Assembly: GCF_013365455.1 (NCBI RefSeq)
Contig: NZ_CP046578.1
Span: 600,001 to 632,000 of the forward strand
From: Wolbachia endosymbiont of Dirofilaria (Dirofilaria) immitis
GTDB taxonomy: Bacteria; Pseudomonadota; Alphaproteobacteria; Rickettsiales; Anaplasmataceae
Reading direction: 5' to 3'
DNA: 32,000 nt
The notes beneath the pieces are model-generated. The model was given only the letters and a program-made list of their open reading frames with translations. It was not told the DNA's origin and made no database searches. The translations under genes were made by a program, and so were the position numbers. Of this stretch, positions 21,758-31,281 are shown one piece after another (the first letter of the stretch is position 1; each line of letters opens with the position of its first letter).

Positions 21758-24025
21758 TTAATAGAAACTTGATGATGAATCATCATTACCGAATTGTGCC
21801 CTATTACTTCTGTTACTTAAGCCAAAACGAGAACGAACAGGACGTTTACGCTGCCCAGATTTTCTATTAAATGGACTATTATAATAACCTCTCTCATTTG
21901 AACCATCTCTCTTATCTTCATTGTAAAGTTCTCCCTCAAAGAACTCACCTGTTTCTTGATCAACACGACGCCTTGATAATTTTGGACATCCACCTTTTTC
22001 AAAGTCAATTACTAACGCTCTGAAAATATCACCATGCTTAAGTATATCTCCAATAGATTCTATATGTTTATTTGCTACTTCACTTATATGCATTTTACCT
22101 CTCCTTCCATTGAGAAGCTCAAGTTCTACAATAGATCTATCTATTTTTATAACCTTGGCATCAACTATAGCACCTTGCTCTAGTTCTGTTATCGAATCAA
22201 TTAGCATATTTTTTGCAATTTTAGCTTCAGTGCTATTCATAGCAAACACAGAAACCTTGCCATCATCCCCTATTTCAACTTTTGCATTACTTTTTTCACA
22301 CACATTCCGTATATTTTTTCCCTTAGCACCAATAGCCACAGAAATTTTATCTTTATCTATGTAAAATGATGTCATTCTTGGTGCATGACTTTTTACATCA
22401 CCACTGTGTTCTGAAATCACTGCATTCATTTTTTCTAAGATATGTAACCTTCCATCCTTTGCTTGCTCTAGAGATTTTCTAACAATTTCAAAACTTATAC
22501 CAGAAATCTTCATATCCATTTGCAGTGCCGTAATCCCTTCACTAGTTCCTGCTACTTTAAAATCCATGTCACCAAGACAGTCTTCATCACCTAATATATC
22601 AGAAAGTACTATATATTCGTTTCTTCCTTTGATAAGGCCCATAGCAATTCCAGCAACAGGAGCCTTTATTGGTACACCTGTATCCATCAAGGCAAGGGAA
22701 GTTCCACAAATCGTTGCCATAGAAGAAGAACCATCCGATTCCAGAATTTCAGATACTACTCTTATTGTATAAGGGAATTCAGATTTATCAGGTAAGACAG
22801 GATAAATTGCTTTCCAAGCAAGTTTACCATGACCAATTTCTCTCCTTCCTGGCGCACGTATAGCAAAAGTTTCTCCAACAGCAAATGAAGGAAAATTATA
22901 ATGTAACATGAAATGCTCACGCCTGTCACCCTCAATATCATCTACAATTTGTTCATCCTGTGTAGTACCAAGAGCAGTAACGACAAGTGCTTGAGTATTA
23001 CCTCTTGTAAATAATGCAGAACCATGAGTTTTAGATAAAATATCAACTTCAATTTCTATTTGGCGTATTTCGTCGTATTTACGGCCATCTATTCTTATTT
23101 TTTTCTTTCTAATTATCTCACGCAATAAGGACCTTTCAAAGGTCCTTATTGCATATATAATTAATCTCTCATCCTTTCCAGCCTCCTTCAAAGTGCTTAA
23201 TATGTCACTTCTAAGCATCTCTAAAGTTCGAGCCCGCTCTTGTTTTGCTGCTTGTGAGTACGCTTTCTCAAAATCTGCACTGTACCTTTCAAGATCTTGT
23301 ATTATATCTGATATATCAATAGAGGCAAACCTTTCAGGTTTACTATCAACTGCGTCAGCAAACACTTTTATAAGCTTAATAACAGGTTGAAGGTGCTCAT
23401 GACCAAATTTCATTGCACTTAGAACCCTTTCTTCAGAGAGCTCTTTTACTTCTGACTCAACCATCAAAATTGAATGCTCGTCACCAGATAAAAACAGATC
23501 TAAGCTACTTACTTTCATCTCTTGAGCAGATGGGTTGAGTATATAATTATTATTTTCATCACAACCAACTAAAGCCCCAGCTATAACAAAGTGAAAAGGA
23601 ACACCAGAAATCGCAAGTGCTGCAACAGTACCAATCAATGCTGGTACCTCAGGAGGATTTATAGTATCATAAGTTAACAAATTGCATACTATACTAATTT
23701 CATCATGAAAACCTTCTGGGAATAGTGGCCTTATACTTCTATCTACTACCCTTGAAATTAATGTTTCTCTATCAGATGGTTTACCTTCCCTTTTTAGAAA
23801 GCCACCAGGGATTCTACCCATGGCATAGCTTTTTGCAATAAATTGCACGTTCAAAGGCAAAAAATCAACATTTTCCTCTCTCTTCTTACGCACAACAGTT
23901 ACCAAAATAGAAGTATCACCATAATTTACAACTACTGAACCATTAGCTTGACGTGCTATTTTCCCTGTTTCCAAAGATAAGGTACGGTTACCCCACTCTA
24001 TGGACTTTCTTATAATTTTAAACAT
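21758..24025 (-). CDS. pnp: Polyribonucleotide nucleotidyltransferase (PNPase)
   Basis: Two RNase PH domains ([38 protein letters not shown]), KH domain ([19 protein letters not shown]) and S1 domain. Confidence 0.98.
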   Translation of the reverse strand: [755 protein letters not shown]

Positions 24026-24039
24026 ACTAAATTCCTCAA

Positions 24040-24312
24040 TTATTTTCTGATGCCTAACTTCTCTATTAACTCCTGGTAAGTCTTATTACCAAACTTATGC
24101 TTTATATAATTTAAGTGCTTGCGCCTTCTACCTATTAATATAAGCAAACCACGCTTAGAGTGATAATCATGCTTGTGCACTTTAAAATGCTCAGTCAAGT
24201 TACTGATCCTTTCAGTTAAGATCGCGCACTGTACAAAAGACGAACCTGTATCATTTTCCTTAATTGAATATACATTTACTAAACTCTTTTTCTTCTCAGG
24301 TGTTATTGACAT
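24040..24312 (-). CDS. rpsO: 30S ribosomal protein S15
   Basis: [49 protein letters not shown], located immediately upstream of pnp. Confidence 0.97.
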   Translation of the reverse strand: MSITPEKKKSLVNVYSIKENDTGSSFVQCAILTERISNLTEHFKVHKHDYHSKRGLLILIGRRRKHLNYIKHKFGNKTYQELIEKLGIRK

Positions 24313-24324
24313 CTAAACCTCATT

Positions 24325-25187
24325 TTAAATGTTAAAAAAACAAATAGGCTTTATACAACCATACACAAAACTACAAATCGCAATAGGTACATTATAGACC
24401 ACTACGCAGAAAATATCATAATTCTTTAACTTGCGCAAGTTATTTAATATGACTCCTTTACCTTTTCTGATCTTACTTACTTCTTCTATAGAAACTTCAA
24501 CCTTAAGCATTCTCTCTAAAACTGATCCAATAGGGATAATTTTATCCCTTTAGGTCATCTGCTCAATTATCACCGATTCATCTTCTCTAAAATTACCTAC
24601 CATAATCCTTCTTAATTTTGTAATATATCCAAAACAATTTAACGTAATTCCAAGATCTCTTACAATTGATCTTACATATACACCACCACATATCATAGAA
24701 AAGTCAGCACTATTATTTATGGCATCAACAGATATCAATTTCAGCTCATATATTTGCACTAGGCGAGGCTTTACATTTGCTTTTTGTCCTCTTCTTGCTA
24801 ATTTATATGCCCTTGTTTCATTAACTTTTATTGCTGAAAATTGAGGAGGAACCTGTATTATCTTACCAACAAAGTTCTTGATAGCATGATTTATTTGATC
24901 TCACCCAGGTTCTATATCACTGACTTTGATAATATCACCATTTACATCATCTGTAGTTCTCCGCTCACCCCATTTTACTGTGAAATTATACACCTTCAAA
25001 CCACAAAATAAATACGGTATAGTTTTTGTTGCCTAACCGAGAGCAATCAGCATACACCTGAAGCTAAAGGGTCAAGTGTTCCTAAATGACCAGCTTTTCT
25101 GGTTCTAAACATCTCTCTAACTCGTACTACTGCTTACGTAGAACTAATTCCTACTGGTTTATCAAGATTCAACCAGCCATGTGTCAT
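24325..25187 (-). pseudogene. truB: tRNA pseudouridine(55) synthase TruB, degraded
   Basis: Fragments: [44 protein letters not shown] (frameshift) LIALG*ATKTIPYLFCG... [58 protein letters not shown]...GGVYVRSIVRDLG...EQMT*RDKIIPIGSVLERMLKVEVS.... Stops are at 25134-25136, 25033-25035, 24901-24903 and 24550-24552, with a frameshift near 25052. Gene order truB-rpsO-pnp is the usual one. Confidence 0.93.
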
Positions 25188-25280
25188 ACACTAATTATAC
25201 ATAATTAAATCAACCTATAATAGATAATAATTTAGGAAACAGCTCTAAAACAGTTATCATTAAACTACTATAAATAAAGC

Positions 25281-25307
25281 TTGACTAACATATGTCGTTA
25301 GTATAAA
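25281..25307 (+). promoter_or_regulatory. Possible sigma70-like promoter (TTGACT-N15-TATAAA) upstream of the orphan membrane protein
   Basis: TTGACT at 25281-25286 and TATAAA at 25302-25307. The 15-nt spacing is short, so this is tentative. A GGAGG Shine-Dalgarno follows before the ATG at 25345. Confidence 0.35.
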
Positions 25308-25344
25308 GTTAACTTTTTATTAACTTTAATTGGAGGAAGTTATT

Positions 25345-26058
25345 ATGAATACAAAACCAAGTATATGGAAGTGGGAAAACACTGCATCTGTAGCAAAAAC
25401 AAGCATTGAAGGTATAGTTGTAGTTGCATCTTTAGCAGCCGCAATAACAACAATATTAGTTACTACTAACGTAATTGTTGGACCTGAATTCTTAGCATCT
25501 GTTGCTAACCCCATAGGAATTGGAGTTTTACTTGTCCTCGCTATATATTTTACTGTAAAAGCTATTTCTTCGTATCAGCAAATTTATGCAATGGAGGGAG
25601 TTCAAGGTAAAGCTGGTAGAGATGGTAAAGATGCAAGCTTTGCTGCTCTTATCAGCGATGCGATAAAGAGTGGTGAAATTATTGAAAAAAAGGTTCAAGG
25701 AACAGATGGTAAAGATACTAAACAGTTATTTCTAGTACTTCCAATTAATGATTATAAAACACTAGTAGGAAATGATAAAAAAGGAGTTCATGTATTGGTA
25801 GCAGGTAAAAAAGTTGAAGTTGAGCTCGCACACGTAGATCCTAAAGATGATGCTAGTGAATATAAAGTAAAAGTAACTAAGGTAGGTGGTAAAGATCAAC
25901 TTACTGACATGAAAACAGAACTAGGTATGAGTAATTCTAACTCACTGAAAGTTGCGGTAAGCAATCAAGATCTAAAAGCTTTAAGAGCTAATATATCAGC
26001 TAAGCTAGTAGATGTTGCAGTAGAGGCAGCTATAGAAAAAACCGGGAAAGCAGCTTAA
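25345..26058 (+). CDS. Hypothetical membrane-anchored protein with two N-terminal TM segments and a GKAGRDGKD/GTDGKD motif
   Basis: Strong SD (ggagg) before ATG at 25345. Hydrophobic segments GIVVVASLAAAITTILVTTNVIV and PIGIGVLLVLAIYFTV are followed by a soluble domain. The terminator is 8 nt after the stop. Confidence 0.85.
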   Translation: MNTKPSIWKWENTASVAKTSIEGIVVVASLAAAITTILVTTNVIVGPEFLASVANPIGIGVLLVLAIYFTVKAISSYQQIYAMEGVQGKAGRDGKDASFAALISDAIKSGEIIEKKVQGTDGKDTKQLFLVLPINDYKTLVGNDKKGVHVLVAGKKVEVELAHVDPKDDASEYKVKVTKVGGKDQLTDMKTELGMSNSNSLKVAVSNQDLKALRANISAKLVDVAVEAAIEKTGKAA

Positions 26059-26065
26059 GGCTAGG

Positions 26066-26105
26066 AAGTAAAGAGGTAGCATACTACCTCTTTACTTTTA
26101 TTTTT
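26066..26105 (+). terminator. Rho-independent terminator
   Basis: Perfect 14-bp stem aagtaaagaggtag-cata-ctacctctttactt, followed by a T-rich run (ttattttta). Confidence 0.88.
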
Positions 26106-26607
26106 AGATCTAAAGTTTTACAATAACTTACCTTAAATCTCAACTATTTTCTTATTAAAATCTAATTATCCCTGTTTTTTAGACAAGTTATCCAATTCTT
26201 TATCAGTAAAGGTTTGCTCAGGTACTCCTCTACAATATATCATCTTAGCAATTAGACACTCAGATCCAGGAAAGTTTACTAGCCTATAAGCAAACTAATT
26301 TAATAAACATAAAAAGTAGCTGATTTTACATTAAAATATAACATTTTTGATAATTATAAAGAGCTAGATTCTAATGTATAACATTAGAATGATACCATCC
26401 AGTGCAAAAGTAAATGCTTATACATAAACTTCTTTAACTATAAATATTCAGAAGTTTTTTTAATAAAAAAGGCAAAAAACCACATATTAGATAGTTGTTT
26501 ACTCCCAACTTTGCAATTGATATCATATATTGTTCTAAATACTTTATAGCTGTATAATAAAACATAAGCTAGAAAAAAATTTTCAAGTATTTTTTCACTT
26601 CTACTAG

Positions 26608-27795
26608 TTACTTGTATATATCTAAGGCGTTTTTCTTATAGATATCGTACCAACAATCCACTATTTTTTTTATGTCTTGTGGCTTGGTTTGTGGACCTAT
26701 ACTGATCCTAACTGAACACTTTGCTTGCTCCTTTGTTGCTCCCATTGCAAGTAACACATAAGAAGGCTCAATTTTTCCAGATGAGCATGCAGAGCCATTA
26801 CTAACCGCAATGTTATTTAAATCAAAATGCATAAGCTGCACATCACTCTTTACTCCTGGCATATAAACAAAACTTGTGTTTGGTAATCTTTTAGAGTTTT
26901 TACCAAAGATTTTAATGCTACTAACAAGATTTAATAACTTACTCTCTAATTGATCACGTAGTTTCCTGATTTCATTCATTTTTAATAGAAGATCTGGAAT
27001 GCTTTGTAATGCAGCAAAAAGACTTGCAATTGCAACAACATTTTCTGTACCACCACGCAATCCTTTTTCTTGCCCACCACCTACTATTATAGGTTCTATT
27101 ACAAGTTTTTTATTGAATATTAAAGCCCCACTACCCACTATACCACCAAATTTGTGGGCAGATAAAGTAAGTAAATCTACTCCTAAATCTTCCATGCTAA
27201 CTTCAATCTTTCCAACACTTTGAGCAGCATCGGTGTGACAGATTGCTCCAAATCTATGTGCTATCTCAGCTATTTCCTTAATAGGCTGAATAACTCCAGT
27301 TTCATTATTAGCCATCATAACTGAAACTATTACCCTATTTCCCTCAAGTTTGCCTAGGATCTTTTCTAACTCTAAAAGATCAACGGTACCTTCTTGATTA
27401 ACGGGTACTATATGTGGGTTATACACAGAATTAAGAATTGAAGGATGCTCTATAGCTGAAACTACATGCTGAAAGCCTGTTACCCCTCGCATAACAAGGT
27501 TATTTGCTTCAGTTGCTCCAGATGTAAAAACTACTTCCTTATCACTTGAAACATCAATTATATTATATATAGCATCTCTTGCATCCTGAAGAATCTTTCT
27601 TGTTTCTTGCCCCTTTCTATGCAACGACGAAGGATTCAGAATCTGTTTTGACAAGACTTCGAATATACTTTTCCTTACACCATCACTAATCGGAGAAGTC
27701 GCGTTATAGTCAGCATATATATAATCACTACTTTTCAAGAAAAATGAACCTAGAGGTTTATTTGCCATTGAATTATAAAAGCTCCTCTTTACCAT
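26608..27795 (-). CDS. Cysteine desulfurase (IscS/NifS family)
   Basis: YADYNATSPISDGVR, SGATEANNLVMRG, HTDAAQSVGKIEV, LSAHKFGGIVGSGAL, VSNGSACSSGKIEPSYVLLAMG. Confidence 0.95.
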   Translation of the reverse strand: MVKRSFYNSMANKPLGSFFLKSSDYIYADYNATSPISDGVRKSIFEVLSKQILNPSSLHRKGQETRKILQDARDAIYNIIDVSSDKEVVFTSGATEANNLVMRGVTGFQHVVSAIEHPSILNSVYNPHIVPVNQEGTVDLLELEKILGKLEGNRVIVSVMMANNETGVIQPIKEIAEIAHRFGAICHTDAAQSVGKIEVSMEDLGVDLLTLSAHKFGGIVGSGALIFNKKLVIEPIIVGGGQEKGLRGGTENVVAIASLFAALQSIPDLLLKMNEIRKLRDQLESKLLNLVSSIKIFGKNSKRLPNTSFVYMPGVKSDVQLMHFDLNNIAVSNGSACSSGKIEPSYVLLAMGATKEQAKCSVRISIGPQTKPQDIKKIVDCWYDIYKKNALDIYK

Positions 27796-27902
27796 TAAAA
27801 TTATGCATATTAGCTTTAATATGACAAAATCTTATTGCAAAAACAGTAAGATTAATACATAATTAATATATTTGTTAAACAGTTTTTTTATTAGGAGCAA
27901 AA

Positions 27903-28601
27903 GTGGTAGAAGTTTTTTTAAACAATGCAACAAAAAAGATAGAAGGTGAGTATTACCAAAGCAAAAACACTAATGCACCAGTTGTATTAATTCTACATCA
28001 TCATCCTCAATATGGAGGAAATATGGACAGTAAAATGGTACACGGCATATATACATCTTTTATCGACAATAACTTTTCTGCATTGAAAATTAACTTTCGT
28101 GGAGTGGGAAAATCTACTGGAACTTTTGATAAGGGCATAGGAGAATTAACTGACGCTGCAGTAGCGATTGATTGGCTTCAAGAACATAATCCTAGTAATG
28201 TTCCAATCTGGGTTGCTGGGTTCTCTTTTGGAGCATGGGTTGCTATGCAGCTAACTATGCGCCGACCTGAGATAGTAGGTTTTATTGCTCTTTCTCTTCC
28301 AGCAACCAAATATGATTTCTCTTTTCTTTCTCCCTGTCCAGTCCCTGGACTCATAATACAAAGTAGCAACGATACAATTTCAGAAGAAGGTGATATAACA
28401 GAACTAACAAAAAGATTAATAAATTCAGTAAAAAGTGACCATATGGAGTACCATATAATAGACAATACTAATCACTTCTTAAGAGATAAAGAAGAGGAGG
28501 TAGTGCAAATCATAGACGATTACATAAAACTACGCTTAAATAGTGCAGCTATTTCTCTCCGAAAGGTAAGAAAAGAAGCACAAATAAAAGAGTATGTCTA
28601 A
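27903..28601 (+). CDS. Alpha/beta hydrolase
   Basis: LILHHHPQYGGNMDSKMVHGIYTSFIDNNFSALKINFRGVGKSTGTFDKG, nucleophile-elbow-like WVAGFSFGAWVAMQL. Confidence 0.93.
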   Translation: MVEVFLNNATKKIEGEYYQSKNTNAPVVLILHHHPQYGGNMDSKMVHGIYTSFIDNNFSALKINFRGVGKSTGTFDKGIGELTDAAVAIDWLQEHNPSNVPIWVAGFSFGAWVAMQLTMRRPEIVGFIALSLPATKYDFSFLSPCPVPGLIIQSSNDTISEEGDITELTKRLINSVKSDHMEYHIIDNTNHFLRDKEEEVVQIIDDYIKLRLNSAAISLRKVRKEAQIKEYV

Positions 28602-28656
28602 TCTTTACAAGTAAGAAAAATAAGTGTAGTAATAACGTAAGTAAGGAGGTTTTATT

Positions 28657-28830
28657 GTGTTCAAGAAATTATTATTTCTTACTCTAGCCATATTTATGTT
28701 ATCAGGATGTCTCTTAAGTAAGCCACGCAAGTTAAAAAGTCCATGTATCAGAAGTAACGAAAGTACTTCATGTAAATTATACTCTGTTAATGAACATTGG
28801 TTAAGCAAGTACAAGGCAAATAGATCATAA
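28657..28830 (+). CDS. Small (57 aa) putative lipoprotein, GTG start, absent from the ORF track
   Basis: Translation VFKKLLFLTLAIFMLSGCLLSKPRKLKSPCIRSNESTSCKLYSVNEHWLSKYKANRS*. It has a signal peptide with lipobox LSGC, and SD aaggagg lies a few nt upstream of the GTG. Confidence 0.78.
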   Translation: MFKKLLFLTLAIFMLSGCLLSKPRKLKSPCIRSNESTSCKLYSVNEHWLSKYKANRS

Positions 28831-28847
28831 TTCTATATCATGTTTCT

Positions 28848-29522
28848 TTACAATTTTACTAAAGATCCATTTTCTAGACGTAAAATATAGTCTGCCCTTT
28901 CTGCAAGAAGATGATTGTGTGTAACCATAAGCATAGAACTATTATTTTCCTTTACATATGAATATAACAACAAAAACACATTCAAAGAATTTGTTGGATC
29001 CAAGTTCCCTGTTGGTTCATCTGCAAGTAAAAGCCTTGGAGAATTTACAACGCTCCTTGCAATTGCAATTCTTTGCCTTTCTCCACCAGAAATTTCAGAT
29101 ATCATACTACTTGCCTTGCTTTCTAGGCTAAATTTTTCCAATATTGTTTGCGCACTCTTCATTGCTTCAGCTCTACTTCTTCCTGCAATCAGCTGAGGAA
29201 GCATAATATTTTCTAATATCGATAATTCTTGCAGCAAATAATGAAATTGATAAACAAAGCTAAGAAAATTTCTTCTTATATAAGTTCTATATTTATCGCT
29301 AGCTTGTGTACAATTCATTCCATCTACTGCCACGATACCTGAAGTTGGCTTATCCAGTAAACCCGCAATTTGCAGTATAGTTGTTTTTCCTGACCCTGAA
29401 CTACCAATTAATGCAACTATTTGCCCTCTTGCAACCCTTAGGCTGATATTTTCTATAGCAATAAAACTCTTTTTAAAGCTTTTGCCTACAGAAATTAGCT
29501 CTAGCACTACACCATCACTCAT
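28848..29522 (-). CDS. lolD: Lipoprotein-releasing ABC transporter ATP-binding protein (LolD-like)
   Basis: Walker A GSSGSGKTT, VYQFHYLLQELSILENIMLP, signature ISGGERQRIAIARSVVNSPRLLLADEPTGNLD. Confidence 0.9.
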   Translation of the reverse strand: MSDGVVLELISVGKSFKKSFIAIENISLRVARGQIVALIGSSGSGKTTILQIAGLLDKPTSGIVAVDGMNCTQASDKYRTYIRRNFLSFVYQFHYLLQELSILENIMLPQLIAGRSRAEAMKSAQTILEKFSLESKASSMISEISGGERQRIAIARSVVNSPRLLLADEPTGNLDPTNSLNVFLLLYSYVKENNSSMLMVTHNHLLAERADYILRLENGSLVKL

Positions 29523-29563
29523 GTTTAAAAGACCTAGTAGTTACTTAAATTCTAGTAAAGTAA

Positions 29564-30040
29564 TTAAATTGAAAAACTACTACCACAGCCACATCGAGAC
29601 TTAGCAAGAGCATTGTTTATTTGGAAACCAGAGCCACTGAGATTCTCAGTATAATCTATAATTGAGTTATTCAAAAACTTTGCCGAACAATTATCAATCA
29701 TTAATACAGGCTTTCCATTCTCATCATTAACTATTATATCTTTGCCTTTTTTACTAAAATTAGAGTGGTCTTTATAGTCTTCGCTATCTTCATAATCATC
29801 ATCTTCATCATCATCAAATTCATCATCATAATCATAATCATCATCGTCACCACCTAAAGATATATTTTTGTTTATTTGCTCCATAAGAAAATTGTATTTG
29901 AAGCCAGAACATCCACCACCTGAAATTGCAATTCGCAAAACAGAGTTCTTATTTTTTTCCTGCTCTATAAGAGAGTAGATTTTCTTTATTGCACTATCAG
30001 TTAAGTTAATATTGTAATTTATTGACATAACCACCGCCAC
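29564..30040 (-). CDS. HesB/IscA-family (A-type) iron-sulfur carrier with internal acidic insertion
   Basis: LRIAISGGGCSGFKYNF and C-terminal CGCG (SRCGCGSS) with NPLA-like NNALAK. A long Asp-rich insertion lies between the conserved parts. Confidence 0.92.
   Translation of the reverse strand: MAVVMSINYNINLTDSAIKKIYSLIEQEKNKNSVLRIAISGGGCSGFKYNFLMEQINKNISLGGDDDDYDYDDEFDDDEDDDYEDSEDYKDHSNFSKKGKDIIVNDENGKPVLMIDNCSAKFLNNSIIDYTENLSGSGFQINNALAKSRCGCGSSFSI
29765..29848 (-). repeat. Trinucleotide (GAT/GAC/GAA-like) low-complexity tract coding Asp/Glu/Tyr residues
   Basis: Encodes DDDDYDYDDEFDDDEDDDYEDSEDYKDH. The + strand reads imperfect repeats of tcatcatcatcat. Confidence 0.85.
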
Positions 30041-30075
30041 TTATTATTAATAACTCATTATAGTAGAAATTTTAC

Positions 30076-31275
30076 ATGTCAAACAATAATTTTCTCTTAA
30101 GCTATGCATGCCTCCCACACAAAACGAGAGGAAGATATTTCAAAGAATTAGAGGACGAAAATCGCAGTTGCTTTCAGCGTGACAGGGACCGCATTATACA
30201 CTCCAATGCGCTTAGGAAATTAGGGTACAAAACACAAGTTTTTATCAATTATGGAAATGACTATTATCGCACACGACTTACTCATAGTCTTGAAGTAGCA
30301 CAAATTGCAAGATCTATTGCACGCAGGTTGGGTTTAGACGAAGACATTACTGAATGTATAGCACTTGCACATGACCTTGGTCATCCTCCATTTGGTCACA
30401 CAGGTGAAAATGCTTTAAAAAAATCAGTTCGAGATTTGAATCTTGATAGTGAAAAATATGAATTTGACCACAACGTTCAAGCTATAAGGATTTTAACTCA
30501 TCTTGAACAAAAACATGCCGACTTTGATGGCATGAACTTAAGTTGGGAGGTAATTGAAGGAGTTGCAAAACATAATGGCCCTTTACTTGGCAAAAATGCA
30601 GCATTCCATACAAATAATCAGCTATTATTAGAATACAACAAAAAATATAATCTAGAACTTGAAAAATTTTCAAGCATCGAAGCACAAGTTGCTTCAATTG
30701 CCGATGACATTGCATACAGTGTTCACGACCTTGATGATGCATTGAGAGGAAACTTAGTAACCATAAAAGACCTACTCGATATTCCTTTAATTGGAAAAAT
30801 ATTTCAAGACATAAAAAGCAAATATTCAGAATTATCTCAAAATAAGCTGATACATGAATCACTCAGTAAAGCTATAGGAACTATGATAAGTGATGTTGTT
30901 TCTCAGACTAAAAAAAACATTGAAGATTATAAAATAAAAAGTGTAGAAGACGCAAGAAGTTTAAATAAGATGCTAGTTATATTATCGCCAGAAATTGCAA
31001 ACGCTACAAAAGAAATAAAAAAATTTAACATAGAAAAAATATATAAAAGTTATAAACTCAATAGAACGATGAATAAAGCAAAACGTATAGTACAAGAACT
31101 CTTTCAATGCTTTTATGAAAATCCGGGACTACTACCCATAGAGTGGGATAGACTCACTTATGAATTCAAGCGTTCAGTAGTAATATGCGACTATATCTCC
31201 GGTATGACAGATAGATTTGCCATACACGAGCATAGAAGAATTTTTGATACCTCATATGAAATGACTTCTTTCTAA
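30076..31275 (+). CDS. dgt: Deoxyguanosinetriphosphate triphosphohydrolase-like protein (HD domain dNTPase)
   Basis: RGRYFKELEDENRSCFQRDRDRIIHSNALRKLGYKTQVF, RTRLTHSLEVAQIARSIARRL, ALAHDLGHPPFGHTGE. Confidence 0.93.
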   Translation: MSNNNFLLSYACLPHKTRGRYFKELEDENRSCFQRDRDRIIHSNALRKLGYKTQVFINYGNDYYRTRLTHSLEVAQIARSIARRLGLDEDITECIALAHDLGHPPFGHTGENALKKSVRDLNLDSEKYEFDHNVQAIRILTHLEQKHADFDGMNLSWEVIEGVAKHNGPLLGKNAAFHTNNQLLLEYNKKYNLELEKFSSIEAQVASIADDIAYSVHDLDDALRGNLVTIKDLLDIPLIGKIFQDIKSKYSELSQNKLIHESLSKAIGTMISDVVSQTKKNIEDYKIKSVEDARSLNKMLVILSPEIANATKEIKKFNIEKIYKSYKLNRTMNKAKRIVQELFQCFYENPGLLPIEWDRLTYEFKRSVVICDYISGMTDRFAIHEHRRIFDTSYEMTSF

Positions 31276-31281
31276 TGAAAG

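Noticed and set aside
21817-23390. Plus-strand ORFs inside pnp (21817-22008, 22110-22364, 22566-22772, 23193-23390)
   Set aside because: Antisense shadows of the clearly coding pnp gene. The translations have no recognisable domains.
24325-24510. Stand-alone 61-aa ORF
   Set aside because: Same frame as, and continuous with, the degraded truB C-terminus, so it is a pseudogene fragment rather than a gene.
24550-24759. Stand-alone 69-aa ORF
   Set aside because: Central part of the truB pseudogene (GGVYVRSIVRDLG).
25590-25670. Possible collagen-like repeat protein
   Set aside because: Only a few G-x-x triplets (GVQGKAGRDGKD) are present, too short for a collagen domain. Retained only as a motif.
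28605-28814. 69-aa - strand ORF
   Set aside because: No domain or signal features. The opposite strand carries a better-supported lipoprotein gene with SD and lipobox.
30482-30862. 126-aa - strand ORF in dgt
   Set aside because: Antisense to conserved HD-domain sequence and appears spurious.
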